The notes beneath the pieces were generated by a model, which saw only the letters and a list, made by a program, of their open reading frames with translations, did not search any database and was not told where the DNA came from. Both the position numbers and the translations under genes were made by a program. A stretch of DNA of 64,000 nt from Selaginella moellendorffii. Lineage: Eukaryota > Plantae > Lycopodiophyta. The stretch spans positions 1,140,652 through 1,204,651 of the forward strand of contig NW_003314277.1 in NCBI RefSeq assembly GCF_000143415.4, read 5' to 3'. Of this stretch, positions 14,160-26,514 are shown piece after piece (within the stretch, counting starts at the first letter, position 1; each line of letters starts with the position of its first letter).

Positions 14160-16875
14160 AAGTTTACAAAAAATCAAAGTTGCTCAATGTTATGGACAAG
14201 GTTTTGCTTTTAAATAGCAAACTGCCCAAGAGTGCTCCTTCGTCTTCAAAATGTCTACCATAGACCCTGCCTCTGGTTTAGATTTTGTCTCCCAAATAGA
14301 CATGTTTGGGTCCAGTGACCTTACAAATACATGGGTACATTTTGACCATATAGAGCGTGTATTGGGTTATACCACTATGGGAGCTCATGTATATGATCCA
14401 AGGTAATTTTTATTCTTATTATATTGAAATTGTTGTAATATTTCTGTTTTCACAGGTTATGTTGTAACTAAACAATTGCGATAGTAGAGTTTAAAGTACA
14501 AGACCAGACAGCCCAAAAAATATTTTAGAAGTCCCTCTCCGATATTGTCCTAAAGCGGACTGGTGAGCTTGCAAACTTTCTGTAGCGCACCTTATTGGAA
14601 AAGGGGCAATTGCTTGATGAGAGAGCCCTTAATGGCTATTTTATCCCCATTTATCCCCTAAGGTTCCAAGGATCCATGGTGACAGTATATCTAAATCTCC
14701 CTGTCCTTATTGACTATTGACTAACAACCCCTACTAAGCCAAGGGGAACCAACACCTCCATTTCCGCACTAAATCTACCAATCCTTCCATTGTGTAGATT
14801 AGCTATTCCATGTAAGGCAACTAATCATCCACCTGTACTACAGTCCCACAGTGGATATCTTCATCCGTGGATGCTCTACCAAGAGGAAGGATATATACAT
14901 GGATGCCCAATACGTACGATTTCAAATTTAAAGAAAGGAATATACCTTGCTCAAGGGTATACTATATTTTTAAGTAACCACTAATCAATGGGAATCGAAC
15001 TCGTGCCATTTGCTTTGATACCAACTATAGCACACCTTATCTCTCTCCCCTTAAGCCAATTAGAAAATGGGCAATTACTTGATGAGAGAGCCCTTAGTGG
15101 CTATTTTATCCCCATTTATCCCCTAAGGTTCCAAGGATCCACGGTGACAGTATATCCAAATCTCATCCCATGATCACATGCGCTACACTTTCATGGTTTC
15201 ATGGCAATTGGGGCTGGTGCAAATTGGAATGGTGTCTGAGCAGTTTTTGGGAATGGTTAGCCATTGAAAAGTCATAAGAGGACTTGTGAGTTCCATTGAG
15301 CTCAAAGCTTAAACCAACACTACCACCTTATCAAGCCAAAGTTTCAATCAATGTTTAAGGAGTTGTGCAAACAATGGTAAGTTGCACCTTCTGAAGAAGA
15401 GCACGAGGCAAAAGTAAATGAGATTTGAATGTAGTGGTGTGAAGATGGCTATACGGATATAAGTTGTCTACCACAACTTAAGTCATGGTTAAGGTGGTGG
15501 GAAGTTAGGATATTCCAATGGGGACATCACTCTTTTTAGGTTGGTTTCTATTTTTTCTTCTCATTTTATTACCTTTTAATATTGCTTTTTCCATTATAAT
15601 CAACCACTTGAGGACCTCACATATACCCGAACTATGAATCTATCCAAAAGTAAGCACCAGAGTTTATGTTCCTCTGAGGTAGGGAAAGGGAAAATAAGTC
15701 TATACAAAGCCTATCTATTATATTTGATATGCACTATAGAGCAATCTTCAAAAGCATTGGCATTCAAGGAAGGAAGATATATGGGAACAAGGCTTTCTAT
15801 TGAGATGTTACATGATAGAATGAAAAGAAAATTAACCCCACCCACCCTAACAATAGCAACTGCAATTGTGGAAGTGGTTCGTGGCACATCTATGAAGTAC
15901 ACTCTCTAGGCTTTTATTAGTGATATGAAGACTGTCCACTCAAAGTGTCATTTCTCCTTTACTAGTGAAGATGTTGGCATGGACCTTAGAGTAAAAAAAC
16001 TCTTACAGGCTTGATGTTGAATACCATTCTACTCCAAGACACCACTCTCGATGAACCGGTAAACCGAGCCACCTCAAGTGGCTGATAAAGAGAGTGTATC
16101 ACAATAGGTTGATATTGCTTACCATAGCGTGAAGCTAAAGCAATGGGCAATCTGATACATGCCAGCAAAATTGAATGTAAGGTGTTGGGGATGCTGTCAA
16201 GGGGCAAGTGTTGGGCCTAGATTCGTGGTGACAAATCTACTTTTGTTCTAGCCCCATGTTTCTATGGGGAACGAAAGCAAGTAAGATTTTTGAGATGGTG
16301 TTGGCTATATTGTTGCAACATTGATGCCAACCATACAAAGCGGATTAAAGACACTATAATGACTAAACCTTATGCAATACCTAAAGAATGGCTGGTTGCT
16401 AATGGGGTCGCACTCAACTTAAATGAGATAAAAACCTGNNNNNNNNNNNNNNNNNNNNNNNNNNNNNNNNNNNNNNNNNNNNNNNNNNNNNNNNNNNNNN
16501 NNNNNNNNNNNNNNNNNNNNNNNNNNNNNNNNNNNNNNAATTATTGGTACCGTCTCCAAGTTGAAGCAGGGTAAAATAAGCTTGGCTCAAACACTTGAGT
16601 GTGGGATTTTTTTCACGAAGTACATCATTGTGCTTACAAAGGAATATATAGTCAAAATAGAAGGTAAAGAGTACACAATTGCCATTCAAGGCTTCCCTTT
16701 TTGCACATGTCTAGACTTTACGAAGTGTGAAGAATATGGGAAGGCATATATTTCATACAAGCATTTGTACTACATCTTCATCAACATCTTGCACCATGAT
16801 CCTAAAGTGGATATTCATATATACTAAGCAAGCCTTACTATTGCTGAGTTGCAGAAATTTTTTGGAGATAACTAG
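14160..16875 (+). pseudogene. Mutator-like (MULE) DDE transposase with C-terminal SWIM zinc finger, decayed
   Basis: FVFKMST...WVHFDHIERV.GYTTMGAHVYDP; HGFMAxGAGANWNGV; CEFH(W>stop) CxxH motif; SWIM-like FPFCTCLDF...KHLYYIF (16690-16790); introns, stops and a TRIM insertion. Confidence 0.7.
14581..15187 (-). mobile_element. TRIM (terminal-repeat retrotransposon in miniature) inserted in the transposase
   Basis: Ends TGTAGCGCA...TGCGCTACA; direct repeats ~14581-14700 and ~15025-15187; iMet PBS on the minus strand (gctttgatacca ~15012-15023); 5 bp TSD CTTTC at 14576-14580 and 15188-15192; removing it restores the ANF|HGFM frame. Confidence 0.9.
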
Positions 16876-17074
16876 ATTTCTCTAACACTATTGATGTTTA
16901 TTCTCTATTATTATTATGAACTTATTATACTTTATATAATTAATAAAAAAACAATTTTTCATTTCACTTTTCATTTTATAAACTTGCGAGTGTTCTTTTT
17001 GCAATACTACCCATAGTACTCGTGTGTCTCCATTTCTATCTTTACCATCTCAAAAAAGATTTAATGATAGTTTT

Positions 17075-17810
17075 TCAGGTGTGTGATATTGCAATGTGTC
17101 ACGAGAGCATATATACTATCATACTGATCATCACTATTATTTCTACCAAATGCTAGAAAAAAAATAAGGCATTTCTTGAAAGTTGTTGAATTGCAATTTT
17201 CTAAAACAAATAAGAGAGCATTCTTTTTCACCTAATTTATTGTGCCCTCTGTCATTGCATTTATCTCCAATTCATGATCACTATCCTCACTATCCTCTCT
17301 TCATTTTCTTGTGTGGTTTAGTTATGCTATATAATAGGATAGTTATTGCATCTCCTAGCCCTTGAAGCTTAGGAAGAAAGATTATAAGAATTAAAATTAC
17401 TAACACTAAAATTTGCAGACATTTGTGTGTATTTCCCTCTTTTTAAATGAGAGTATGAATGAAAATCTATACATTCTAGATAGTATGCTATGACAAACCC
17501 CTCAAAAATGTATTCTAGAAAAGAACCAAGTCTTTCTTTTATATATAATAAGTTTATATTAACGGTTTTTTTTTTTTTTCCTTTCAAACGGTTATATGGC
17601 TTTACATAGAATCTTATTTCAAATTTAATACTTTTTTAATTTTGAAAAACCTGACATTTACTAGCCAAAAAGCACAGAGTACAAATTTAAGGAAGTGACA
17701 AGAATACTTTTTCTACGAACATTTTATTTTATGTTCTAACAAGAATCCCTATTATGGCATGTAGTAAATATTTAAATTGTTAGAATAAGAAATATCCTTT
17801 AGAACATTTT
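17075..17810. repeat. Dispersed AT-rich repeat, homologous to 1-640
   Basis: Collinear similarity with the window start; lies just 3' of the MULE transposase. Confidence 0.7.
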
Positions 17811-19534
17811 TATCTATATAATATTTAAAGAGTTATGAAATTATTAAGTTTGCCATAACCTTAATATTTTAAAGTTTTTAATATTTATATTAAACTACAA
17901 TTGAAACTTGAGCTCAACTTAGTTGGATTACATTGAGTCTTGGATATGGTGATTCACTCCTTAGTGATGTGGTATTTGTAACTGAGTAATGTTGAAAGAT
18001 TGATTTTAAATATTGACTAAGGTATCTTCAACTTTGGTTAGCTTGGTTGTTAAAAAGCTTTGAGTGGTAATTCACTCTTGCTTTTTTCTAATTTTGTTCT
18101 AATATTGATAGCATTGAAGTGATGCCTTGTCATTGATATTGTTCATATTGAGATTTGAGTGAAATGAAATGTCTTTCTGTAGGATTAATATTGAGTTTTA
18201 TTAGTCTCCATATAGATAGTTTTAAGGATTTGGCTATAGCTTTGTGTAATTAACATTTGTGTATTTGCTAGTTAGCAACTATTTTGGCATTCAAATGAGT
18301 TGAGTAGCAAGTTGAGTTAATTGTGTTCTAGATAAGATTGTTTAGTAAAGGTTGAACTTTAGCTTTTCCTTGAAAAATGATTCAATTATGGACTATGCTA
18401 ACTTTACAAGAGGAAAAGTTAATGATCAATACTAAAAATGTTGGTTCCTTGTTGGATTTGAATTAAGATATATCGATCATTGATGATTTTTCTTGTGCTT
18501 GTTATAAAGTGAGTTACGTCTTGCTATAAAGATGGATTCATAAAGGATTGTTTGCTAATTACTTGTTAAGCATAGCTTCAATATGCTTAGATTTTGGATT
18601 GATGCAAATATGCTTTTTATTAGCTTTTGCATTATGAAGTTTTACTTCTGGCTATACTAAGGAGAATATTATGGGTTGTACCATGATTTCTTCTTTGGCC
18701 TTGACATTAATCGTTAGATCATTGTTAGACAAAACTTAGTTATAGATTTTTTTGAGCTTTTGGGTCCTTGAGTTTTATACTCATTATTCTGTTTGCTAAA
18801 AGTTGTTAGGGAAGGCATTTTTGGCTCATTAACTTTAGTATTAAAATTAATTTCTACTAGCAATCATTGGTGATGATTGACTATCATCTAGGATAGTTAA
18901 TTATCCTTGTCAAAGGTTTTACTAAATTATTATTGGTATTGAATGATTTATTATTCTTATGGATAATGGATTCTTTCTTCGATGATGATTATGCATCTCT
19001 TTATTGATAGGATGATTGATGATCTTTTATGATAATTAGTTGTTCTCTTTAATAACTTTTGGCTTTTCGCAATACTACATATTCTTTGTGGTTTGCTCTG
19101 GATTGGTCTCTTGGGTTTAAGACATGAATAGGATGTTGCCAACACTTATTTGAGCAGCTTGAGTTTCTTTGTATTGTTGACTCGAATTTATTCAAAATTT
19201 TTAATGTGATAATTGACATGAATGAGTGTTTATTTGTCTTGTTGCATTCATTATGTTCTGTTGATTGTTGCTTGAGTTAGTTCTGATAAATTATAATGTT
19301 ATTTCCTTTGGGTGATATATTTGCAAATATTTTGTTTATCTGTTAATGATACTTTGTGTTCTCATCTTTCATAAGTTATTTGGCATATTATCTACAATTT
19401 TTTATAGTTAAGTTTTATCATTGAGTTTTTTTTATAATACACTTGCTATTGAATTTTATTAGATGGTGAATCCTATGTTTTCCAATTATAATAATCTTGG
19501 TGGTTCCTATACTATAATATTGGTTTATTGGATG

Positions 19535-22500
19535 TGTGAGGGCCAAGTGTACGGCTACGATGCCGTATACTAATATTAGCGTAGTGGGATTTTGGTAGCC
19601 GTCGGATTGATTTCAATCCGGACCACTCGCTTCTGTATATAAGCTAGGGTTTTTGAGCTAATTGAGATGCACATTTCTGTATTCCCTTTCCATATTCCAT
19701 GCACTCACATTGGTGGAGGTGAAGAGCATCTTTGATTGTCCCTGGGGAGTGCTTGGATTTAGGATTTCGGTTTAGATCTAACTTTTGCATTGTCTAGATT
19801 TAGTTTTTTCCATTTCCTTCCTTTTGTTCTTTCCTTTCAGGATTTTGGTTTAGATCTAGCTTTTTGCATTGTCTAGATCTACCATTTCTTTCCAGCTTTT
19901 TGTCATTTCTCTTCTTTTGCTCTTTCTTTTTCGTTCATCTTCATGGCCGATCCGCAATCTCCTCCTTTGACTCTAGAGCAGCAGTTGGTTCAATTGCTTG
20001 ATGCTATGCGCTTGCAATTGAACAACCAAACTCAATTGATGGCGGCATTCATAGCACGTGGTCCAACTCCTCTTGCTCTTGGTGCCAATCCTCGCGTTCG
20101 GCCGGAGTTCTTTCGTGGGAATTTTGGGGATGATGTGTACCATTGGTTCGATCACTTCACGGTGATTGCCACATATCATTCTTGGGATGATGCTCGACGT
20201 TTGCATGAGTTTCCCACGTGTCTCCAAGGGACAGCGTTGCAGTGGTACAATGGATTGAGTGCAGCCACTCGTGGGGATTGGAGTGTTCTTTCGGGCGTCT
20301 TCAAACGCGCCTTTGGACATACTGATGNNNNNNNNNNNNNNNNNNNNNNNNNNNNNNNNNNNNNNNNNNNNNNNNNNNNNNNNNNNNNNNNNNNNNNNNN
20401 NNNNNNNNNNNNNNNNNNNNNNNNNNNNNNNNNNNNNNNNNNNNNNNNNNNNNNNNTAGGAATGTTGTGGCCAGCACTTCGTCAAGATCTTGTCGGCCTT
20501 GTGCATGCACTTGCTCCTGCCACCCTTGACAATGCTCTGCGCTTGGCACAACATTATGAGACGTCGCCTCTTCCACTTCTCGCTGCACGTCCTCCAGCTC
20601 CACTTCCTATGAGTGATGGTCCTGTTCCAATGGAGGTTGATGCTGCTGCTACTCAAGTCCACGGACAAGGGCGAGGACGTGGTCATGGCCATGATGTTTG
20701 TTGCTGAGCGTGTGATGAAGTTGGTCATACTTATTGGCGTTGTCGACGCTTTCCAGATTGGCGACCTCCATTTCCTGGATGGAGACCTTGGCGTCAGCAA
20801 CGTCCTATTGGTGCTGCTGCGGTGGAAGGTTTGGACACTGAGGTGCATCCGGGAAACGAGGAGTCGCACGAGTAATGGAGGGACCTTGCGCGAATAAGTT
20901 AGTGACCCCTCCATCTTTCTTTCGAGAGTATCATCAAGGGGCTCACTCGGCACTGGTTCATCCAGTGTTTACTTTCCAAGCTCGTTATTATAACAAGAGG
21001 TCTCCTATTCTTCTCTCCGTGTTAGTTGATACAGGTTCGAGTTTATCTTCTATTGCTCGACCTGTTGCCACACGTTGTTGTCTACACTTGCGTCGTGCAG
21101 CGGATCCAGTTTTCATTCTTTATGGCAACGGCCGTACACATGCATGTGCACGGGATGAGGCGGACCTGGTTGTGCGTGTGGGCGATCTCGAGCTTGAGTT
21201 GCAGTCGTTGCGGGTGGTGCCGAGTCAAGCTTTTGACCTCATTCTTGGTATGGATTGATTACAGCACAATCATGCCAAGTGTGACTTTGAGGCTTCTCCC
21301 CCTTGTCTTATACTTCCTTATGTTTCATCCATTCCTCTCACTTCCGTATTCTTCGTCCTTCTACTTCTACCTCTGCTTCTATTACTTTTGTTTCCCCACT
21401 ATTTCCTCCTATGTTTCCATCTTGTTCTACTCTTCCCTTTTCCGATCCCTCCGAAGATCTTTGTGTTGCAACTGTTGATCGGCTCATGCAGGAGTATTCT
21501 GATCTCTTTGAATTTAACTTATCTTCTGGGGCCAAGATTGCCACACGTCATCCAGTTCCAACTGGGGATGCTCGTCCAATCAAGGTTCCTGTTCGTCGTC
21601 GGTCACCCAAGGAGATCAAGATTTTACGTGCAAACGTCAAGGAGATGTTAAAGAAGGGTGTTATTCGGAAGTCGCGGAGTCCTTGGGCATGTGAACTTCA
21701 TCTTGTGACGAAGCCTGATGGGAGTATTCGTTTCTGCATCGACTATCATCCGTTAAATGAAGTAACGATCCCGGATGTGTACCCTCTTCCTCACACGGCT
21801 GATCTCTTGGATCGTCTAGGGCGAAGTCGTTGGTTCACCAAGCTCGATCTTGCTTCTGGGTATTGGCAAGTACCGATGGCCGAAGAAGATATTCTTAAGA
21901 CTGCTTTTCGTACACCATTTGGTTTGTACGAGTTCTTGGTGATGCCGTTTGGTTTGAACAATGCTCCAGCAACTTTCCAGCGGATGATGGATGAAGTTCT
22001 TTGTGATATGCCAGAGGTGACTACTGACTTCATTGATGATGTCTTGATTCACTTGGAGGGGACATGGGAGGAGCACATTCGTGATGTGTGTAAAGTGTTG
22101 GATCGGCTACGGGACGGTTTAAAGCTGAAGCGGTCGAAGTGCATGTTTGGGTCCAAGGACACAACTTATCTTGGGTACCATATTTCTCGTGAAGGTTTGC
22201 AAGTTGATCCTGACAAACTTGTAGCCGTTCTAAAGTTCCCTACTCCAAAGTGTGTGAATGATGTGCAGTGCTTCCTGGGCAAAGTGCAGTATCTTGGTCG
22301 TTTTGTGGATCATCTTTCTAATCAAACTGCACCGTTGCGAGTGTTGCTAAGGTCATCAACGTCATCTTTCATCTGGTCTTCAGATTGTGAGCAGGCGTTT
22401 GTGAATCTCAAAGAGCTGTTAACGACTCCTCCAGTTTTGGCATATCCTGACTACACTCGACCTTTTATTTTGTGCGTAGATGCTTCTGATATTGATGCAA

Positions 22501-24536
22501 GAAAGCCCGAGCGTGCCTGGTCAGCGTCATCCCATTGCATATATAAGCCGTACGTTACAACCAGTAGAAGTGAACTACTCCATGACAGAGAAGGAGTGTT
22601 TAGCGGCAGTTTGGGGTTTTGAAAAACTTCATGCATATCTACATGGTTCTTGGACGTTACTTGAAGGTGACCATGCTGCCGTTACTTCATTATTGAAGCG
22701 GAAGAACCTGGTTGGTCGTATTGCTTGGTGGGCTTTAAAGCTTCAAATATATAATTTTAATGTTGTTCATCGCCCAGGGAGTTCTATGGCTGATGCTAAT
22801 GCCCTTTCTCAAGCTCCTCTTCCTTCTCCGCTCTCTTCTTCTGTTTCTGATGAGCCTGTTGTTCCAGCATCTGTGGATTTTCTAGACGAGGATTCTGTGC
22901 CGTCGGCAGGTGCTGTACTTGACGTTCAGTGTCCACAAGGCACAGAGCAAGATCTACCTTCTCTTGATGAGGTTTGTGAGGCTCAAAAGATTGAGCCGTG
23001 GATTCGAAGGCTTCAATATGCATTTGAGAATCCTGCATCACTTACTGATGACTTGCCTTTTTGGCATTTACATTCTCAATATCGTCTTGAAGATGGCCTT
23101 CTTTATTTTGTGGGGACGAATCCTAATGATCCTTTATGGCTGGTGGTGCCTTCTATCTTTATTTCGCGGTTTCTCCATGCCTACCATGATTCTCCTGTTC
23201 TAGGTGGGCATATGGGACATCGTCGTGTGACCGAGAAGCTGCGCAGGTCTTTCTATTGGCCGGAGATGCGATGTGATGTTATCCGGTATGTGTGTAACTG
23301 CGTTTGGTGCCAAGCTCGTAATACTCCCCCTTGTGCTATGGAAGGACGGTTAGAGTCAATAGTAGTTTCCCGTCCGTTTGAGTTGGTGGCGTTTGATCTT
23401 ATGGGACCTTTTCCACGGTCAACTGCTGGCAATGAGTATGTTATTATTGCTTCTAATTACTTGACTCGTTGGGTGGAAGTTGGTGCTCTTGCTAGCGCCT
23501 TTGCAACTGCTGTTGGATACTTCCTCCTCAATCGAGTGGTGTTCCAGCATTCTTGTCCAGAGTGGATTCTTTCGGATAATGGTCCTGCATTTATGGCTGA
23601 AGTATTTCATGTTTTGACGTCTCGGTTGGGGATACACCACACTTTTATGAGTGCTTATCATCCACAATCAGACGGTCTGGTGGAACGGCTCGTTTGGACA
23701 TTCAAAGGGATGATTGCAAAGTATGTGAACTTTCAGCATTCGGATTGGGATGGTTATTTGCCGTCTCTTCGGTATGCTTATGTCACAGGGGTGCAGAGTT
23801 CTGTTGATGCTTCACCATATAAACTTCTATATGGTCATGATCCAATATTACCAACGGAGCTGGGTTTACCTTCGCGATTGCCATGAGCTCCTGATGCTAG
23901 GTCATGGGATCAATATTTGACGAGCATTCTTCGAGCATTCTTCCACTTGTCCGAACAGAGTCTGCCGAATACTTAGGCCGCGTACAAGTGGGACAACAAC
24001 GACACTACAACTCCCATCATCGTCCACCTGCAAAGTACAAAGTGGATGATTTGGTGTTAGTCCGTTTTTCCCATCTTACGGTACGTGGTTTATCTAAGGG
24101 GCTCCTTGCACAGTGGAAAGGACCGTACCGGGTGTTGCGGCAAGTTGGACCGCAAGTTTATGAGGTTTGGCATGACGTTCAGCAGGCCGATCCTCCGGAG
24201 ATTGTGCATGTGCAGCGGTTGAAACGCTTTATACAAAGGGATCAGGAGCAGTTAATACCGTCTACAGATCCGCCGATGCCTCCTCCTGACATTCCTCCAG
24301 ATCCCGACCCATCTACAAGAGAACCCTGACAGCCTTCCATTGTTCCGAGAGGAGGGGATGATGTGAGGGCCAAGTGTACAGCTACGATGCCGTATACTAA
24401 TATTAGCGTAGTGGGATTTTGGTAGCCGTCGGATTGGTTTCAATCCGGACCACTCGCTCCTGTATATAAGCTAGGGTTTTTGGGCTAATTGAGATGCACA
24501 TTTCTGTATTCCCTTTCCATATTCCATGCACTCACA
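19535..24536 (+). mobile_element. Full-length Ty3/Gypsy LTR retrotransposon (nested, defective)
   Basis: 175 bp LTRs TG...CA at 19535-19709 and 24362-24536 (4 transitions); PBS TGGTGGAGGTG; PPT GAGAGGAGGGGATGA; 4 bp TSD GATG; order gag-PR-RT-RH-INT. Confidence 0.95.
19943..24329 (+). pseudogene. Gypsy gag-pol (Gag, CCHC knuckle, protease, RT, RNase H, integrase) with stops and frameshifts
   Basis: PVPMEVD Gag end; VLVDTGSS protease; RFCIDY, KLDLASGYWQ, MPFGLNNAPATFQ, FIDDVLI RT; CVDASD RNase H; HHCC, ILSDNG and HPQSDGLVER integrase; WKGPY GPY/F motif; no chromodomain. Confidence 0.93.
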
Positions 24537-25769
24537 GATGATAATTTCCTTAGAATACTTTTATATTCTAACTTAAGATTTATTCATTCATAATTAAGTC
24601 TCTTAGATATTATTATCTATGACTTTGATATTGTATATCTATTGATCTTTGAGTTTGGGCCAGTATAGGAAGATTGGCTTCGGCACTTAATATACTTGGT
24701 GAAATTTCTAATCATGGGGTAGCTGCTATCAACTTGTCACATCACCCACTTCTTTGTCAATGTTCCTTATTTTTCAAGGGTGTGACCATATAAACAACTC
24801 TAACTGACTATTTATAGTAGTCTTTTTAAACCTTATCGATGAGTTTAGTTTCTTTGCTCATGAGGGTTGGGGCCTCTATGTCCTTGTAGGCAGAAGTGTA
24901 TCACATTTTTGTAAGCTAGATGACACCCAGAGCAACAAGGGTAGCTAACTCTGTTAGTTATTTTCTTGTCGGCAATAGTTAGAAGGTGTTTGAGTGTCTA
25001 AGAGGTTATTTTAACTCATTTAAGTTGGTGCATTTCTCACAAAGTATAAACACCGTAAACTTTTTCTGAAATAGTTTCCTTAGTAATGTTCTAGATAAGA
25101 GTATGGATTAACGAGGATATCAATCTTCCCTAAGGGGGAGAGAGTGTCGAAAATATGATTTCAAATATCAATGTTACCTGTCGGTTAGTCTTTTTGGATA
25201 TTCTTTCCTTACTACTAAGAGGTTGGTATTGCTGAACCTTTTATTAATCCCTCTTGTGCTAATAGAGTTAATCCCTCCTATGCTAGTCCCTCAGGCATTA
25301 ACAAGGATTGAATTGTTGGTCACTATTATATCTAAATTAGTTCTCTTGCATATGCCCTTTGGGTAACCTAACATGGTTGCTACTAAATGAAATACAAGCT
25401 ACTATACTATCTTAAGGGGTTCCAAATGTATAGTAGGGATAGTGGGTAGGTCAAGCATGGCCGACCAACTTGAGGCATAGTTTGGCTCTTGCTTGCGTGC
25501 TTGTCTTTATTCTGTGTCTAGCTTAAGCCTAAGTCCAAGTTCCCCACCATGCTAGCTGGTGGAGTACCTATATCTTCGTATTAGATCACTAGTATGCTAA
25601 AATAGTGCCAAACTCCATTTAACTCTGTTTTGCATGTTAGTTTTAGCATTAGGATGCCAAATGCTCTAAAATTGTTCCAAGTCACTCTGTGCTCTTGAAA
25701 CTTCACTCCTTGGGCTATATGCTCAAGAGTTGCTCTGTGTTATAGTTCTATTGCTCCTTAGTGTTCCTA

Positions 25770-26512
25770 ACACTAGTAAGTGCAAGTTAACAACATAAGT
25801 TTCTCATCACCATGTCAAATATGCTTGATAAAATGCCAACTTAGAATTTCCTTCTTTAGTGCCCTTCCAATCTCAGTGCATATATGATAACCAATTTCTC
25901 AACTAACTTAGGCAGAGATTGATAAAAGATCCATAATACCGACCTCCTGCCGTCGTGGCAGTAAGGAAAGAATATCTAAAAGGACTAGCCGACATATAAC
26001 TTTTAATACCCATAATTACATTTGCAATACTCTTCCCCCCTTAGGGAAGATCAATATCTTCGTCAATGCATACTTTAGTCTAGAACACTACCAAGGAAAC
26101 ACCTCTAGGAAAAGTTCATGATGTTCACACTTTGTGAGAAATGCACTAACTTAAATTAATTAAAGTAACCTCTCTGTCTAATGCAAATACACTACCAACT
26201 TAGACACTTCTTGCCATCACCAACAAGGAAATGACCAATGGAGGTAACCACTCTTGTTGCTTTGGGTGTCACCCAATTTACAAAAGATGATAACCCCTAC
26301 CTACAATTGGCATAGAGAGAGGCCCCAACCCTCATAAGCAAAGAAATCAAACCTGTCAGTAAGGTTTAGATAAACTACTATAAACAGGTAGCTAAAATTG
26401 TTTACATAATCACACCTTTTTTTAATGAAATAAGGAACATTGAAAAAGAGGTGTGTGATGTGGCCAGTCAACCATAGCTACCCCATGACTAAAGATTTCA
26501 TCATGCACATGA
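25770..26512 (-). mobile_element. Inverted 3' end (internal region, PPT, LTR start) of the long-LTR family
   Basis: Reverse complement of ~24700-25300; minus-strand PPT (ctcttcccccctt) at ~26030-26042. Confidence 0.75.
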
Positions 26513-26514
26513 AG

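Larger units (their letters stand above)
17905..25760 (+). mobile_element. Decayed long-LTR element copy 3 (internal region, PPT, 3' LTR), host of the nested Gypsy
   Basis: 17905-19534 and 24541-25144 are collinear with 7335-9532; PPT AAGGGGGAGAGAG, then the LTR starts TGTCG at 25145. Confidence 0.8.
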
